A stretch of 64,000 nucleotides of DNA. It comes from Octopus vulgaris (Eukaryota). Positions 25,555 through 38,845 of this stretch are shown here, piece by piece. The position numbers were made by a program, and so were the translations under genes. Where the stretch lies: the NCBI GenBank assembly GCA_951406725.2, contig OX597821.1:114018001-114082000 (forward strand). Reading direction: 5' to 3'. Below the pieces are notes generated by a model. The model ran no database searches. It was given only the letters and a program-made list of their open reading frames with translations, and was not told the origin of the DNA. Positions within the stretch are counted from its first letter, which is position 1. Every line of letters begins with the position of its first letter.

Positions 25555-25880
25555 ATTCTTTTATTTGTTCCAGTCATTTGACGCCTTTAGTCGAAGAAAT
25601 CGACCCCAAAACTTATTCATTGTAAGTCTAGTGCTTATTCTATCCGTCTCTTTTGCCGAACCGTCTAGATATGGGGATATAAACACATCAGCATCAGTTG
25701 TCAATCGATGGTGGGGTGGGGACAAACACGGCCACAAACACACACATATATACGGCGAGATTCTTTCAGTTTCCGTCCATTCAGAAGGTTTTGGTCGGCC
25801 CGGGGCTAAAGTAGAAGACACAACGTTTCGGGTGATATACCCTCCAGCCTTCATCAGGCATCTTGGGGAAATTTCGAACA
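25555..25880 (-). mobile_element. CORE-type SINE fused to a fragment of the 11473-family hammerhead element
   Basis: 25820-25880 cgtttcgggtgatataccctccagccttcatcaggcatcttggggaaatttcgaac matches 11535-11590. Confidence 0.75.
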
Positions 25881-25910
25881 TATTATTATTATCATTATTA
25901 TTATTATTAC

Positions 25911-25968
<58 letters not shown>

Positions 25969-25990
25969 GTTATTATTATTATTATTATTC

Positions 25991-26053
25991 AGGTCACTAG
26001 ATTCGAACTCGGAATCTTGGGGTTAGTAGCCCGCGCTTTCAACCACTACGCTA
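25991..26053 (-). pseudogene. tRNA-like head (SINE 5' end or tRNA pseudogene)
   Basis: tagcgtagtggttgaaagcgcgggctactaaccccaagattccgagttcgaatct: D, anticodon and T arms present, acceptor stem poor. Confidence 0.55.
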
Positions 26054-27000
26054 GATGGAGTGAATTTTAGGGTTTATAAATCTAATATTTTCCTGTCCTT
26101 ATAATGTAACTAAAACCAAAGGCTTGTTGAAAGAAATTAAGGAAGAAGACAACCAGAAGCCACTCGGCTGGAGCAAACTAATAATTTAAAGGTCCAACTG
26201 ATGAGTATCCATTTATTTCAACATATAGTGGGAACCTCTTTAATATGTGGTCATTTTCATACCAACCCACCTGTGACCGACCCGAGTACTTTGATACATA
26301 TCCCATGTCTTAAAGTGGTTTAAATTAAACCATCCATCAAAATCTCATGCAAATTTCTGTCCCAGACACCATCTTAATGACGCCAAAGTTATTTCACTAA
26401 ATTCTTGAAGAATACTTGTGTATTTAAAAAGAAACGTGATAGCAAAAGGTTTAGAGTGATCTAAATTAAAAGGGTTCCACCAAAGTTTCAGAAATATAAT
26501 ATCAAATGATTAATTAAGAGAGAAAAGATGGATTTAGTATTGAAAAACAGCGAAACATATTTTATATAGGAATAACTATGTTGAGGAGTATTTTTATATT
26601 TAGATAAGGAAGGACAAGATGATTTAATGCCGTAAAAAAAACAAAAATTAGCGAATGAATTAGCCCAACATTCTTTGAAACTCGACCAAATACTGAGAGT
26701 GAATGTCGTTACTTGAAAACTGAACCTGCAACTAAGAAGAGTTAATTCATTTTGCAAATATGCTGATTTATTAAATTTGATTTGCTAAAGTTAGGCATTG
26801 ATAAACCTCACAAAAATGATTTGCGTTTTATACGAATAGGCACAGGAGTGGCTGTGTGGTAAGTGGCTTGCTTACCAAGCACATAGTTCCGGGTTCACTC
26901 CCATTGTGTGGCACCTTGGGCAAGTGTCTTCTACTATAGCCTCGGGCCGAACAAAGCCTTGTGAGTGGATTTGGTAGACGGAAGCTGAGAGAAGCCCGTC

Positions 27001-27047
<47 letters not shown>

Positions 27048-27057
<10 letters not shown>

Positions 27058-27483
27058 TATTAGAGACAAAACCACTATTTTGCAAAACAAACAAGGAAAG
27101 ACTTAATCAATACATAAAATTTTAATAAATAGTCAAAAAAACCGCCACTACAATCGTTTCTTGTCGTGATCGACAATCTTCAGGTGGACTTCAATAAGTC
27201 AGTTTCAAATTATAAAGATATAAATTATAAGACTTTATAATTTGAAACTGACTTATTGAAGTCCACCTGAAGATTGTCGATCAAGACAAGAAACGATTGT
27301 AGTGGCGGTTTTTTTGACTATTTATTAAAATTTTATGTATTGATTAAGTCTTTCCTTGTTTGTTTTGCAAAATAGTGGTTTTGTCTCTAATAATATTTTA
27401 TAATATTTTACTATAAAATTGGATTTAATCCTAAATCTGATTTTTTTTCCCTGTAAATTTGGATTTATTCCCTAATATTTATT
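27048..27483 (+). mobile_element. Fold-back Penelope-like unit with near-perfect ~170-bp arms and a 3' tail
   Basis: Arms 27048-27217 / 27233-27402 with one visible mismatch; tail 27403-27483; (TA)n on both sides. Confidence 0.9.
27263..27305 (+). ncRNA. Minimal type I hammerhead, intact core (second intact copy at 27145-27187, minus strand)
   Basis: ccac-CTGAAGA-ttgtc(gatcaa)gacaa-GAAA-cgattg-TA-gtgg. Confidence 0.85.
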
Positions 27484-28867
27484 ATATATATATATATATA
27501 TATGCATGTATGTGTGAGTTTATGTGTCTGTTTGTCCCCCACAATGTCGCTTGACAACCGATGCTGGTGTGTTTACGTCACCGTAACTTAATGGTTCGGC
27601 AAAAGAGACCGATGGAATAAGTACTAGGCTTACAAAGAATAAGTCCCGGAGTCGATTTGCTCGATTAAAGGCGGTGCTATAGCATGGCCACAGTCAAATG
27701 ACTGAAACAAATAAACGAATAAAAGAGAATAACTTCAGCATGGCCTTTCTCGTATGTATAACTACAGGTTAAAACAAGGTACTGAAAACTATTCACCCCG
27801 CATGACAAGGTGTGCATTATGGTCGCCCAACTAGGGGGCGGTAAATGATTTATCCAGGAATACAAATCTGTGTAACACCTCTAATCTAAGTTTGTATGAT
27901 AAATCTGCTCCTTCGGGTCGGAGCTGATCTGTCACTATACAACCACAAACATGGCTACTCTCATTATATCACTCACTCTCTCTCGCTCGCTCCTCTCTTC
28001 CTCTCTCTTTTGCTCCTCTCCCTTTTGCTCCTTTCTCTCTTGCTACTCTCTCTCTCTCCCTCTCGCTTCTCTGTCTCTCTCACGCCTACACACACACACA
28101 CACAAATCCTTTCTCTCTCCATTTTAATCTCCCTAACGCTATCTTCACTAAATGTGAAATCCTTTTATATGCTTCTGTAAACTTACATTCCTTAAGTTAT
28201 AAGCTAAAGACATCCCCAGTTATCTTAAGCTCTTTATCACATGTAGCCTGCCAAACACACACACACACACTAACACACACTCACACACACACACTCACTG
28301 TATTCGCGTACATTTAGCTAATACTTCCCTGTTATTTTGTTCCAAATTTATTTCAATAAATTACACTTAGAAAATCATTCAAGGATTTTCTAAAACAAAA
28401 CTTAATCTAAAAATAATACAAAAAAAAAAAAGAACTTCATTGATAAAAACTAAGCACGGTAGAGTTAACCCGTCAGCCAACTTAAAACCGTCACCCGAGG
28501 CTCCAGCAAATAACAGCCCAACTTCCTTTACTATCGGTTTCAACCTGTTTTCCTCCCTAACTAAAAGAGCACGAAGGAAAGCATTCCGAATAGACTTGAA
28601 GAGTGTGCGGTATAAAATTAGCTTAGCGTTTTATATTTTCTCCCCCTCCCTCCCTCTCTCTCTCTCTTATTTTTGTCTCGTGGTAATAACTGCTGACGGA
28701 ATAAACGTAACGGTACATTTAATTAGCAGGTGCTGAGTTTTATGATAAGATAAAGTGTAACAGGGTTTGTCAAACCTGGTTTTATTGGACACATAACTAT
28801 GTATCACTGCATGCATGCATACATAAATACACACGCGCACACATGCACATTACACACACGTACACAG

Positions 28868-28939
<72 letters not shown>

Positions 28940-28948
28940 GCATGTATT

Positions 28949-29007
<59 letters not shown>

Positions 29008-29227
29008 CATATATTCATATATATATACATATACATATATATTATATGAATATACATGTATAAATATATGTATATGTATTAATACATACATACACGCCCA
29101 CAGCGGGGCACTCACGCACGAGCAAACGCGCGCGTACAGACACAAACGCAAACGCATAAATCTGTCAATAAAAACTATGTTGATAAGATAACGCAATATA
29201 GTTTGCCAAACCTAGATTTTATTGAAC

Positions 29228-29278
<51 letters not shown>

Positions 29279-29284
29279 TATATA

Positions 29285-29490
29285 TGTGACCGCGTGTGAA
29301 TCGTTGGCGATTTTCTTTCTCCGTCTTCCCATCTTTGGAATATTTCTATATTTCTGACGAAGAGCTCCACTCGAAACGTGAAATCCTCTTCCTTTTCTTT
29401 CCTTTCTTGAGCGTCCAATAACATTGTACTTATTCCACGTCCTCGCGTTGTTGTTTTTTGTTGTTTTTTCTTGCTTGTTCATGTTTGGAT

Positions 29491-29497
<7 letters not shown>
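29285..29497 (+). mobile_element. Family-B hammerhead element between (TA)n tracts; motif at 29350-29384
   Basis: Homologous to 15694-15897; attt-CTGACGA-a-gag(ctcca)ctc-GAAA-cgt-g-aaat. Confidence 0.7.
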
Positions 29498-29555
<58 letters not shown>

Positions 29556-29562
29556 TATATAT

Positions 29563-30390
29563 AATCAAAATATTCAACAAGGATATTCAGAGGTAATGCA
29601 GTACGATCGTTTCACACAACTCCATTTAATGGAACAATATAACCATTACATCAGTTTAAATGCAGAGCAATTCTCAGCTGCATAATACATATATAAATTA
29701 TATATATATATATATATATCAAAATAAGCAACAGAATATCAAGTTGTTATGCAGTACGACCGTTTCAAGCGGCTCCATTTAATTGAGCAATGCAATCATT
29801 ACTTCAATTTAAATGCAGTGCCATCATCAAATAAATGTCTTCTTTCCTCCCTGAGGAAAAGGCATACATATGAGAATTTTTATGACCATACCCAGCCATT
29901 AGATGTCAACTCACTCTTGCCCTTTATTCTAAACAGACACCGTCCTCTAGTCTTAGATGTAATAGTTGATAAAGAGATAAATGAATTAGAAATTAACTAC
30001 AATCCTTTACAATACTATGACCCCAATGGGCTTCATGGGGTTCTTGGAAGTGTAGTCTATTCTTAGCTACAATAGCGACAACATGAATTTCTACCATCTT
30101 CTTGATCTGTTAAAGTATTTAAGAAAAATTACATTGCGTCCAACTGGTTAAAATTCTATTTATTTATTTGTACAACTGACGATAGCCCTTCATTTAAATT
30201 GATGCAATGATTGCATTGTTCAATTAAATGAAACCGCTTGAAACGGTCATACTGCATCAGTACTTGATATCCTGTTGCTTATTTTGATTTTATTCACCTT
30301 ACTTCGAGCTGTGCGGATGATACCAGACTGACTTAAGTTGGTGCTTCAACTTAAGTACCTAATTCAACTGAACCTCAATTATTTCTTACA
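29563..30390 (+). mobile_element. 5'-truncated Penelope-like relic: inverted pLTR copies, degenerate ORF end, forward pLTR
   Basis: 29718-29830 is inverted relative to 30176-30290, with a diverged extra copy at 29563-29682. The spacer translates ..ELEINYNPLQYYDPNGLH, resembling the PxGLN end of PLE GIY-YIG domains. Long-stem-II hammerheads at 29597-29682 (-) and 30171-30256 (+). Confidence 0.65.
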
Positions 30391-30395
30391 CGTAT

Positions 30396-30496
<101 letters not shown>

Positions 30497-30865
30497 GTCA
30501 GTATACTGACGAAGAGGTTAGTCAGTACTTTTCAGTAGATTAGCAGAATTCATATCAACTGTTACAAACGTTGGCAGCGATTTCGAAAATTCGGCTCACT
30601 TTCATCATACTCTCTGATGGGCAAGGCGAAACTTTTATGTGGCTGTCAACTTTTACCATGGAAATGTTTATGTGAAGATATATATATATATATATACGCA
30701 TATATATATATTTAAATCTGTATATATATATATATATATATATCTTTTATGCCTATTTCAGTCAATAGGACAGTGGGTATATTGGAGTACAGAAGGTTTT
30801 AGTAGACCAAATCGTAGTGATTGTGATGATCATGATGATGACGAAGACAGCGACGGCGAAGACAA

Positions 30866-30950
30866 AGAAGAAGAAGAAGAAGAAGAAGAAGAAGAAGAAG
30901 AAGAAGAAGAAGAAGAAGAAGAAGAAGAAGAAGAAGAAGAAGAAGAAGAA
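30866..30950. repeat. (GAA)n microsatellite
   Basis: Direct reading. Confidence 0.95.
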
Positions 30951-31379
30951 TGAATTTTCTTCACTTAAGATGCTCATTGGGATTTAAGAAAGGTCAAGGA
31001 ATCTGACCTGACAACTGCGTTAGTTAATCTGCCGAATAAGTTATGGAATATCTGCGTTCTCCATAAACCCGTTGGACAGAAGCCAAGGGTTTGCAAACGA
31101 GTGCACAGTGAGGATGGAACAAACGTCCGCGAACCTGTAACCGAAACCCCTAACCCCCACCCCGCGTAACACTATAGCTGATGCAAGAGAATTAGCATAT
31201 TGTTGCTGCAGCTGCAGTTGTGGTAGTGATGATGGTGATAGTCGTTGTTGCGGTGGTGCTGGTAGTGCTGTTTGTTGTTATTGTGATAGTGGTAGTCGTT
31301 GTTGTTGTTGTTGTGGTGGTGGTGGTGGTGGTGGGGTTAGTAGCGATAGTAGACTTAGTAGCAGTTAATGTCGTGGTAG

Positions 31380-31592
<213 letters not shown>

Positions 31593-32069
31593 CGTGTTGC
31601 TTCTGTAGCTGTAGCGTCGCTCGAAATCAACCCTGATCTAATAGGTTTATGATCAAAGACATTCCGGCTGCCATTACTCTCTATTTTACCAGACACAGAA
31701 ACCCCAGGACCACATCTTAGTATACATTCTTCTTTCTAGGAAGTATGGTGTAATTTGAGAAAGATTTAGTCGTCATATATGTCAGGTCGAACGATTACCC
31801 AGAAGCTCCAGCAGGGGCATGTGCCAGAATCGGTTTGACCCCTTGGTATGACGTCTACGAATATAATTTCATGATACGAAGACATTGTTTTCCCTACCTT
31901 CTGAACACATTCATACGGATACAGAAATGTAAAATTTCTATTTTTTATTTTATTGCAATTTTTAAAAATCTATTTTCAATAATATCTTAGGGTTTTTGTC
32001 ATAAATATATCTTGACATACAGAGCATGCGCATAAATACATGCATACATACATACATACATACATACAT

Positions 32070-32116
<47 letters not shown>

Positions 32117-32138
32117 CACACACACACACACATATATA

Positions 32139-32505
32139 TAATTCTATAATTATGAGCATCATTATAATTAGGGTTCAGCAACATTTGCTTCACCACACAC
32201 CGAAATTTAGAAATAGCAATTAAAATACTATTCCGCTATCATAAGATATCTCCCAGACAGCAATACTCTACAACTCACTATTGATGTCTGGGAGATATCT
32301 TATGGTAGTGGAATAGTATTTAACTGCTATTTCTAAAATTCGGTATGTAGTGAAGCAATTTTTGCTGAACCCCAATTATAATTATGCTTATAATTATAGA
32401 ATTTTTGTATAAGTTTACCGATAATAGTTCTTTTAACATACCGAACTACTTGGTAAAATTATTAATTATTAGTTTATTAATTAATTTTACCCTTTATTAT
32501 TATTG

Positions 32506-32510
<5 letters not shown>
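32139..32510 (+). mobile_element. Fold-back element with ~125-bp arms and 3' tail, no hammerhead seen
   Basis: Arms 32139-32265 / 32279-32403 (diverged); tail to 32510; TA on both sides. Confidence 0.8.
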
Positions 32511-32545
<35 letters not shown>

Positions 32546-32959
32546 AATTGATAGGGGTTAGTAAATGCAACGCTCCATGGGATAACATATATCCAATATA
32601 CTGCTAGTGAAGTACCCAACAAAGTTAATACATAAATGTTAATGATTGCGATGCAATCAATTCATTTACTGTATTATATGGGCAAAGGTAAAATAATTTA
32701 CCACAAATTACTAATACAAGATAAGAAAATGGAGAAATACATCTAAATCAAATATCAATTACCAGATAATACTCAATCACATACTTTATTAAACCACCAC
32801 ATAAGAGATACTGTAGGGTTAAATATAAAAAGCAGAACAAATCAGTGTACATAAAGGAATGTACATAAAAAAGTGTACAAAAAAGAGTAATGTTGTATAA
32901 TAAGTAGAATATATATAAAAAGAGAATATAAATATAAGTAAATATAAATATAAGTATAG

Positions 32960-33099
32960 ATTACATCTTACAGCTGTTTCAGCCATGTAGATAAGTATGT
33001 CTCATTTTACCAATATTAGCCCTTTATGGTTGGTCAATATATAGCTATAAATGAGACATTTACAAAAATATCATAAGGCCTCTTCGGAGATTATGTAAT
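32960..33099 (-). ncRNA. Hammerhead motif (U4C) with ~100-nt stem II
   Basis: Minus: atct-CCGAAGA-ggcc..atgtctcattt...aaatgagacat..ggct-GAAA-cagctg-TA-agat; palindromic acagctgt; stem I extends via attac/gtaat. Confidence 0.75.
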
Positions 33100-34201
33100 A
33101 TAACTCAGTCTACATATATACCCACATGGGTGTGGGTGCATACCCACAATACAACATATACATATGAGTGCATATACTCACACTCTTATACATATAAAAA
33201 TATATATTTACATAATGATATAAATAAATAATATAAATTAGTAAACATATATATGTGTTCCACATTCAATGTCTCAGTTTTTCGACTTAATATTGTGATA
33301 ATAAACATACACAAATTAGTACCTAGATGCAAATATACATAGTCAATAGTACATTATATTACTTCATAATAATTTCTAAAGTGTCATTAAAGTTAGCATC
33401 ATTATCGTTGTCAATACCATTAATGTTATCATTATTATCATTCATAATATTATTAATAACGCTTACATTAGGATCCAGAGCGGAATATATGTATGTCCGG
33501 GTTCCAGTTAATAATTTTCCTTATGACATAAATACACTATTGGATTTGAATTTAAAATTATCATTATCTTCCTCAATTGGTCAATTGAGAGCCGACCGAC
33601 CTCCACCACACCGCACAAGCAAAACATACACATCCACATCCAACCCTAAACCCACACATCTACACAGAAACTCACACACACATGTACACACACATGAATA
33701 CACCCCGACACATCTCTACACATTCAATAAATTGCAGTGTGCATGTCTGTCATCGCATGGCTTATAGACATATCAGTACAGGCAGCAGTGTCTAACACTA
33801 ACACACACACTCACACGCACATCCGCATATACGCATAAATATTAATACACTTTCCTAACAAACCAACCGTAAAAAAAAGCCCACCTTATATGCTCATCGA
33901 GATAAACAACTTATAGTAATTATAGACTCTTACATATTACATATTGGTATAGTAAAAACTCAAACTAGTGCCCTTAGATATGATGCGCATATACATCTTA
34001 CTGTCTATCTACTCCTCATTTCGAGCATCAAACGACAATATGAGCTTTCGAATGACAATTGCTCCCATAAATTCTAAAATAAAATTTAGGATTTATGGAC
34101 GGTCAAAGCGGGGAGCAAAACCAGAACAGTGGAGACATACAAGGAAACCGAACGAAAACAAATATGGAGGGTCGTTAGACCAGAACGAGAAGAAATTAGT
34201 G

Positions 34202-34255
<54 letters not shown>

Positions 34256-35238
34256 TGTTAAAGAACAGGAATTATGTTCAGCTAATCCCTTCAAACGCAA
34301 CTTACTACAAATACCTATCTACACAACTGAACATTTTTCATCCGTGCCTTCACGAGCATCCCTCATACCCCTGCATATATTTATAATTTTCAGAAGATAA
34401 AATAATAAGAATCAGGATTTCAGGTACCGTCCCTTAATTAAGGTGTTCCCCGAAGAATGTCGGTGGGGTTTATGTTTAATTGTATATTAATGTAATTAAA
34501 ATCTCTTGAATTAAAATTGTACTTCATAGCAATTAAGCAGAGCATGAAATCATATACATGAGTGTTTGTTTTATTCTTGTTTTTTTCCTTTCATTCTAAA
34601 TTTCAAAGGCTGTCCTCTGATCATAAGATTTGCATAGAACTGGTTTTAGCAAACAACAATAAAATAAAACAAAAAAAGACAAAAGTTAAAAGAAAAACGT
34701 CAGAAAGGGGAAATTAAAAACTTTTGGAAGCGTTTCGGTTTTATCGTAGTGGAGTTTCATATTAGAATTTGGTCTTGAATCTATATGAAAGAAATCATAA
34801 AACAGATAAGTTTTCAGGTTGAAAAGGCTGGAAGGCAAACGACTGTTGACTAAAATGTTTATCGTTCAAATATTCTTAGATCTAATCTAAGTAAAATAAT
34901 ATTTCTTTTACAAAGAATTGACCTGATGAAGTCATACTTTCTTCCATTTTTAAATCTGTTAACTTAAGCATTTCTGAAATTTTAATAGATTTTTTTGATG
35001 ACTCAGACTTTTATCATGAAAATGGCGTGTTTACTTTTCAGTTTTTCGTTTTAATTTTAACAAGAATTACGGTCAGAAGTTTAGGACCAACTGATTGTGA
35101 ACCACGCCAATACGTGCCTTATGTAACATGACAGCTGGAATATCTCTCCGTACAAGAAAATTAGTTTCCATCTGTATGTAATATGGACTTATAAATACAT
35201 ACATACACACGCAAGTATATGCATACATATAAATATAG

Positions 35239-35269
<31 letters not shown>

Positions 35270-35347
35270 CATAAATATAGTCACACAAGCACACTCGTAT
35301 ATGTGTGTGTATGTGTGTATAAATATATGCATACGTATATCTCCATG

Positions 35348-35491
<144 letters not shown>

Positions 35492-36472
35492 CATACATAT
35501 ATATATGTATGTATATATTTGTGTGTTTATGTGCAGAGCAAGAGAGAATGCGAGAGAGAATAGGAGTCGGAGGGAGAGGGAGAGAGATAGAGAGAGGGAG
35601 AGAGAGAGAGAGTGTGAGAGAGAGAGAAAGAGAGATTATTGGGTGCGTACGTTAAAGAAAAAATAAAAATAACACGCTAAAATGTCCCGTTGACTTCGAA
35701 GCAGTGAAATAGAAAGTTGTGATGTTTAAGCTCTTTTCCAATTACGTGTACACACACACACACACACACACATTCTCTTTCTCTCTTTCTCTCTCTCTAT
35801 CTCTCTTTCTCTCTCTATCTCTCCCTCTCTCTCCTCCATATATAGATATGTTTGCGTGTCTGCTTCAAACAATGGCGAAAATGTTTTAATAAGAGCAAAT
35901 ATATAAATTTTAAAACGAAGAAGGAAGACCTCGTAATATTTCCTGCAGAGAACTTACAAGCAAGACGATAGCAACCTGTCTGAGGGTGGACATTTTGCAG
36001 CAGATACATAAATCACGCTGAAATTAGAGATAATTCAACGAATTTTATAGATTCACTCAAAGGAATCATCAATGTGTTAAACCACTTTGTTTATCTTATT
36101 TCCAATTTCCACACTAAGTAATTTAGATGAGATATTCCGATAAGACAAGCGAAAAATGAAAATTTCAGAGATGACTATAAAGATATGTGGTTTTGAGCAG
36201 ACCACATACAGATTAAACGATAAATGTATGGGATAATTCACCTTTTCTGGGTTGCCTAAATATTTGTATAGTATATTATAGAGATATCTCGTGATATCTA
36301 CGATTTATTATGATGTTCCGAAAACATGGTTTTGACTGATCAGGTTGTCTTGGATGTTGGAACTGAAAGTACATAATTCTGTACTTATGTACAAACACAC
36401 ATTCACAATTATATGTTCGTGGTCTCACACTTATGCTTAACACACACACTTACGCACGCACACACACACACA

Positions 36473-36523
<51 letters not shown>

Positions 36524-37421
36524 AACACACACACACATGCATCTTAGTAATTTGCGCAAAATACTATGTAAGGGTATTGTACTTAATTCGTATTCATGAC
36601 CAACGTAGGAATTCTATGTAAATAATGTCAAGCTAGCCTAATCACGTTTATAGTATTGATAAAATCATGATCCTTAAAACAACGATCCTGCTGTCTCTGC
36701 AACAGGGGAAGTAACCAAGTCTTTACGATGGTATCAACGAAAGCAGACACTGAACGACTACAATTCTTTATATAGACCGAAACATCATTATATCAGGCCT
36801 ACAAAATAAATATCAAAATCTAGTCCTTACAGCTGTTTCAGAAATTCAGTGACTGATTGGTGCAATAATGTGTATTACACAAACAGGTGTTCATTCTGAT
36901 GTAAGAATACATATCAAACAAATAATTTTAACCAGACATGAACATGATACCTTAATAAGTATGTATGCACGTACACATGCACTCACAGTCACTCATGCAC
37001 TCACATACACACACATATCCCTGCCGTAAGGTTTTATTTCCACACATGCCAGCTTAATTTAATTCGTCCTTACTCGAAAGCTACCTGTTGTTATGTCCTG
37101 TTATGTCCTGTTATTATTTTTATTGTATTTGTGTAACATTTTCTGTTTTTTTCCGTCCTTGTTTTTGTATACATTCGCTGCTTTCTTCCAAAGAATATAA
37201 TGCTCTTAGCTTGGTTTTTCCTTGGGGCTGGCCAGATTGGAACAATCTCGAGTATAATCAGCCGAAATTGTGAAGATAATATGGTACTCGACTGAGGAAA
37301 GAAAGCTTCGAATAACCCGTCCTTGGTTTCTTTGTATCGTCTGTCTGAATGTTTTGTTGTATCATTTTTGTGTCACCTAACTGTCCGGATGTTTTGCGTT
37401 GTCCCATTTTGTATTATATAT

Positions 37422-37459
<38 letters not shown>

Positions 37460-38204
37460 GGGCAAGACAAGTATACCAAATACTATACAACAATTATTCT
37501 TGATTTATTAAAATTACTTCCGCTTCTAGAGGATGTGTCATAATTACCAAATCCTAATGAAGACTAGTTCCATATGAAAAGTGGAAGTATCATGTATACC
37601 TAATTTCTCTTTTTTTTTTTTTGTATCTTTTCGTCAGGGAAAAGGAATTGACTGAGATCCGTTACAGTTGCAGGGCCTCCAAGGAGACTGGTGAGTAGGA
37701 GGGAGGAAAGCATCCTCAAGCCGGAAACTGGCTCGAATGCTTTCAACAGAGTGGACTCCTCTAAAGGCATTCAAAATACAAGTGGTAGTTTAAACACGTT
37801 TAAGGCTAACACCAAAGTAGGCTACGGTAGGACTCGAACTCAGAACACAAACGGCCAAAACAAATACTACAAGGCGTTCTGTTCAACGTTCTTCCACCAA
37901 TCCATTTCCTGAGGTTAGTACTTTTCTAAACGACCCCCAAAAGAAGGAAAAGTAAAATTCATCTCATCGATATCAAGAGAGCAGAATGTAAGAAAGTAAG
38001 GTAGTTCATAAGAAATGGAAGGTAGTTTAGGCGAAAAACTAGCAACTCTTGCAGACTGTCTTGAATGTAGTTCGCGTTTATGTAGTGATATACAATATAT
38101 TTCCAGAAAGCGTTAAATATGAATTTTCGGAGCTCTGAATTCTTCATCACAAGGTCTTAATTTGTGTGTAACAATTATGTTGTGACTAAAATGAACTACT
38201 TATC

Positions 38205-38845
38205 CTTTTACTTGTTTCAGTCATTTGACTGTGGCCATGGTGGAGCACCGCCTCCGCTTTTAGTCGAGCAAATCGACCCAGGACTTACTTTTTCTAAGCC
38301 TAGAACTTATTCTATCGGTTCCTTTTGCCGAACCGCTAAGTTCCGGGGACGTAAACACACCAGCATCGATTTTCAAGCCCATGATGCTACACAGGGGCGA
38401 GTCAGTACTCTTTACAAATAGGCGTAGGAGTGGCTGTGTGATAAGTAGCTTCCTTACCAACTATATGGTTGCGGGTTCAGTCCCGCTGCGTGGCACCTTG
38501 GTCAAGTGTCTTCTACTATAGCCTCGGGCCAACCAAATACTTGTGAGTAGATTTGGTAGACGGAAACTGAAAGAAGCCCGTCGTATATATATAAATGTAT
38601 ATATATGTGTGTTTGTGTGTGTGTGTGTTTGTGTGTCTGTGTTTCTCCCCCTCCTCCCAACATCGCCTGACAACCGATGCTGGTGTGTTTACGTCTCCGT
38701 AACCTAGCGGTTCGACAAAAGAAACCGATAGAATAAGTACTAGGCTTACAAAGAATAAGTCCTGGTGACAATACGCTCGACTAAAGGCGGAGCTCCAGCA
38801 TGGCCGCTGTCAAATGACTGAAACAAGTAAAAGAATAAAAGAATA
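38205..38845. mobile_element. Two CORE-type SINEs: 3' half on minus (38205-38380), full-length on plus (38420-38845)
   Basis: ggcgtaggagtggctgtgtg...gggttcagtccc...ggcaccttgg.caagtgtctt...aaacaagtaaaagaataaaagaa. Confidence 0.9.

Larger units (their letters stand above)
26838..27725 (+). mobile_element. CORE-type SINE with a fold-back hammerhead element in its internal (TA)n
   Basis: SINE halves at 26838-27002 and ~27505-27725. Confidence 0.9.

Noticed and set aside
25991-26053. Functional tRNA gene
   Set aside because: Acceptor stem not intact and anticodon (ACT) atypical; likely SINE-derived.
26198-26300. ctgatgagtatcc... as a hammerhead
   Set aside because: No matching stem II/GAAA/UH found downstream.
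30497-30530. ctgacgaagagg within a gtcagtatactgac palindrome
   Set aside because: No GAAA or stem III.
34923-35015. CTGATGA-agtcat...atgact hairpin
   Set aside because: A plausible long stem, but followed by caga rather than GAAA and lacking stem I; at best a relic.
36822-36843. Minus-strand GAAA-cagctg-TA-agga half motif
   Set aside because: The 5' half of the core was not found; counted only as a fragment.
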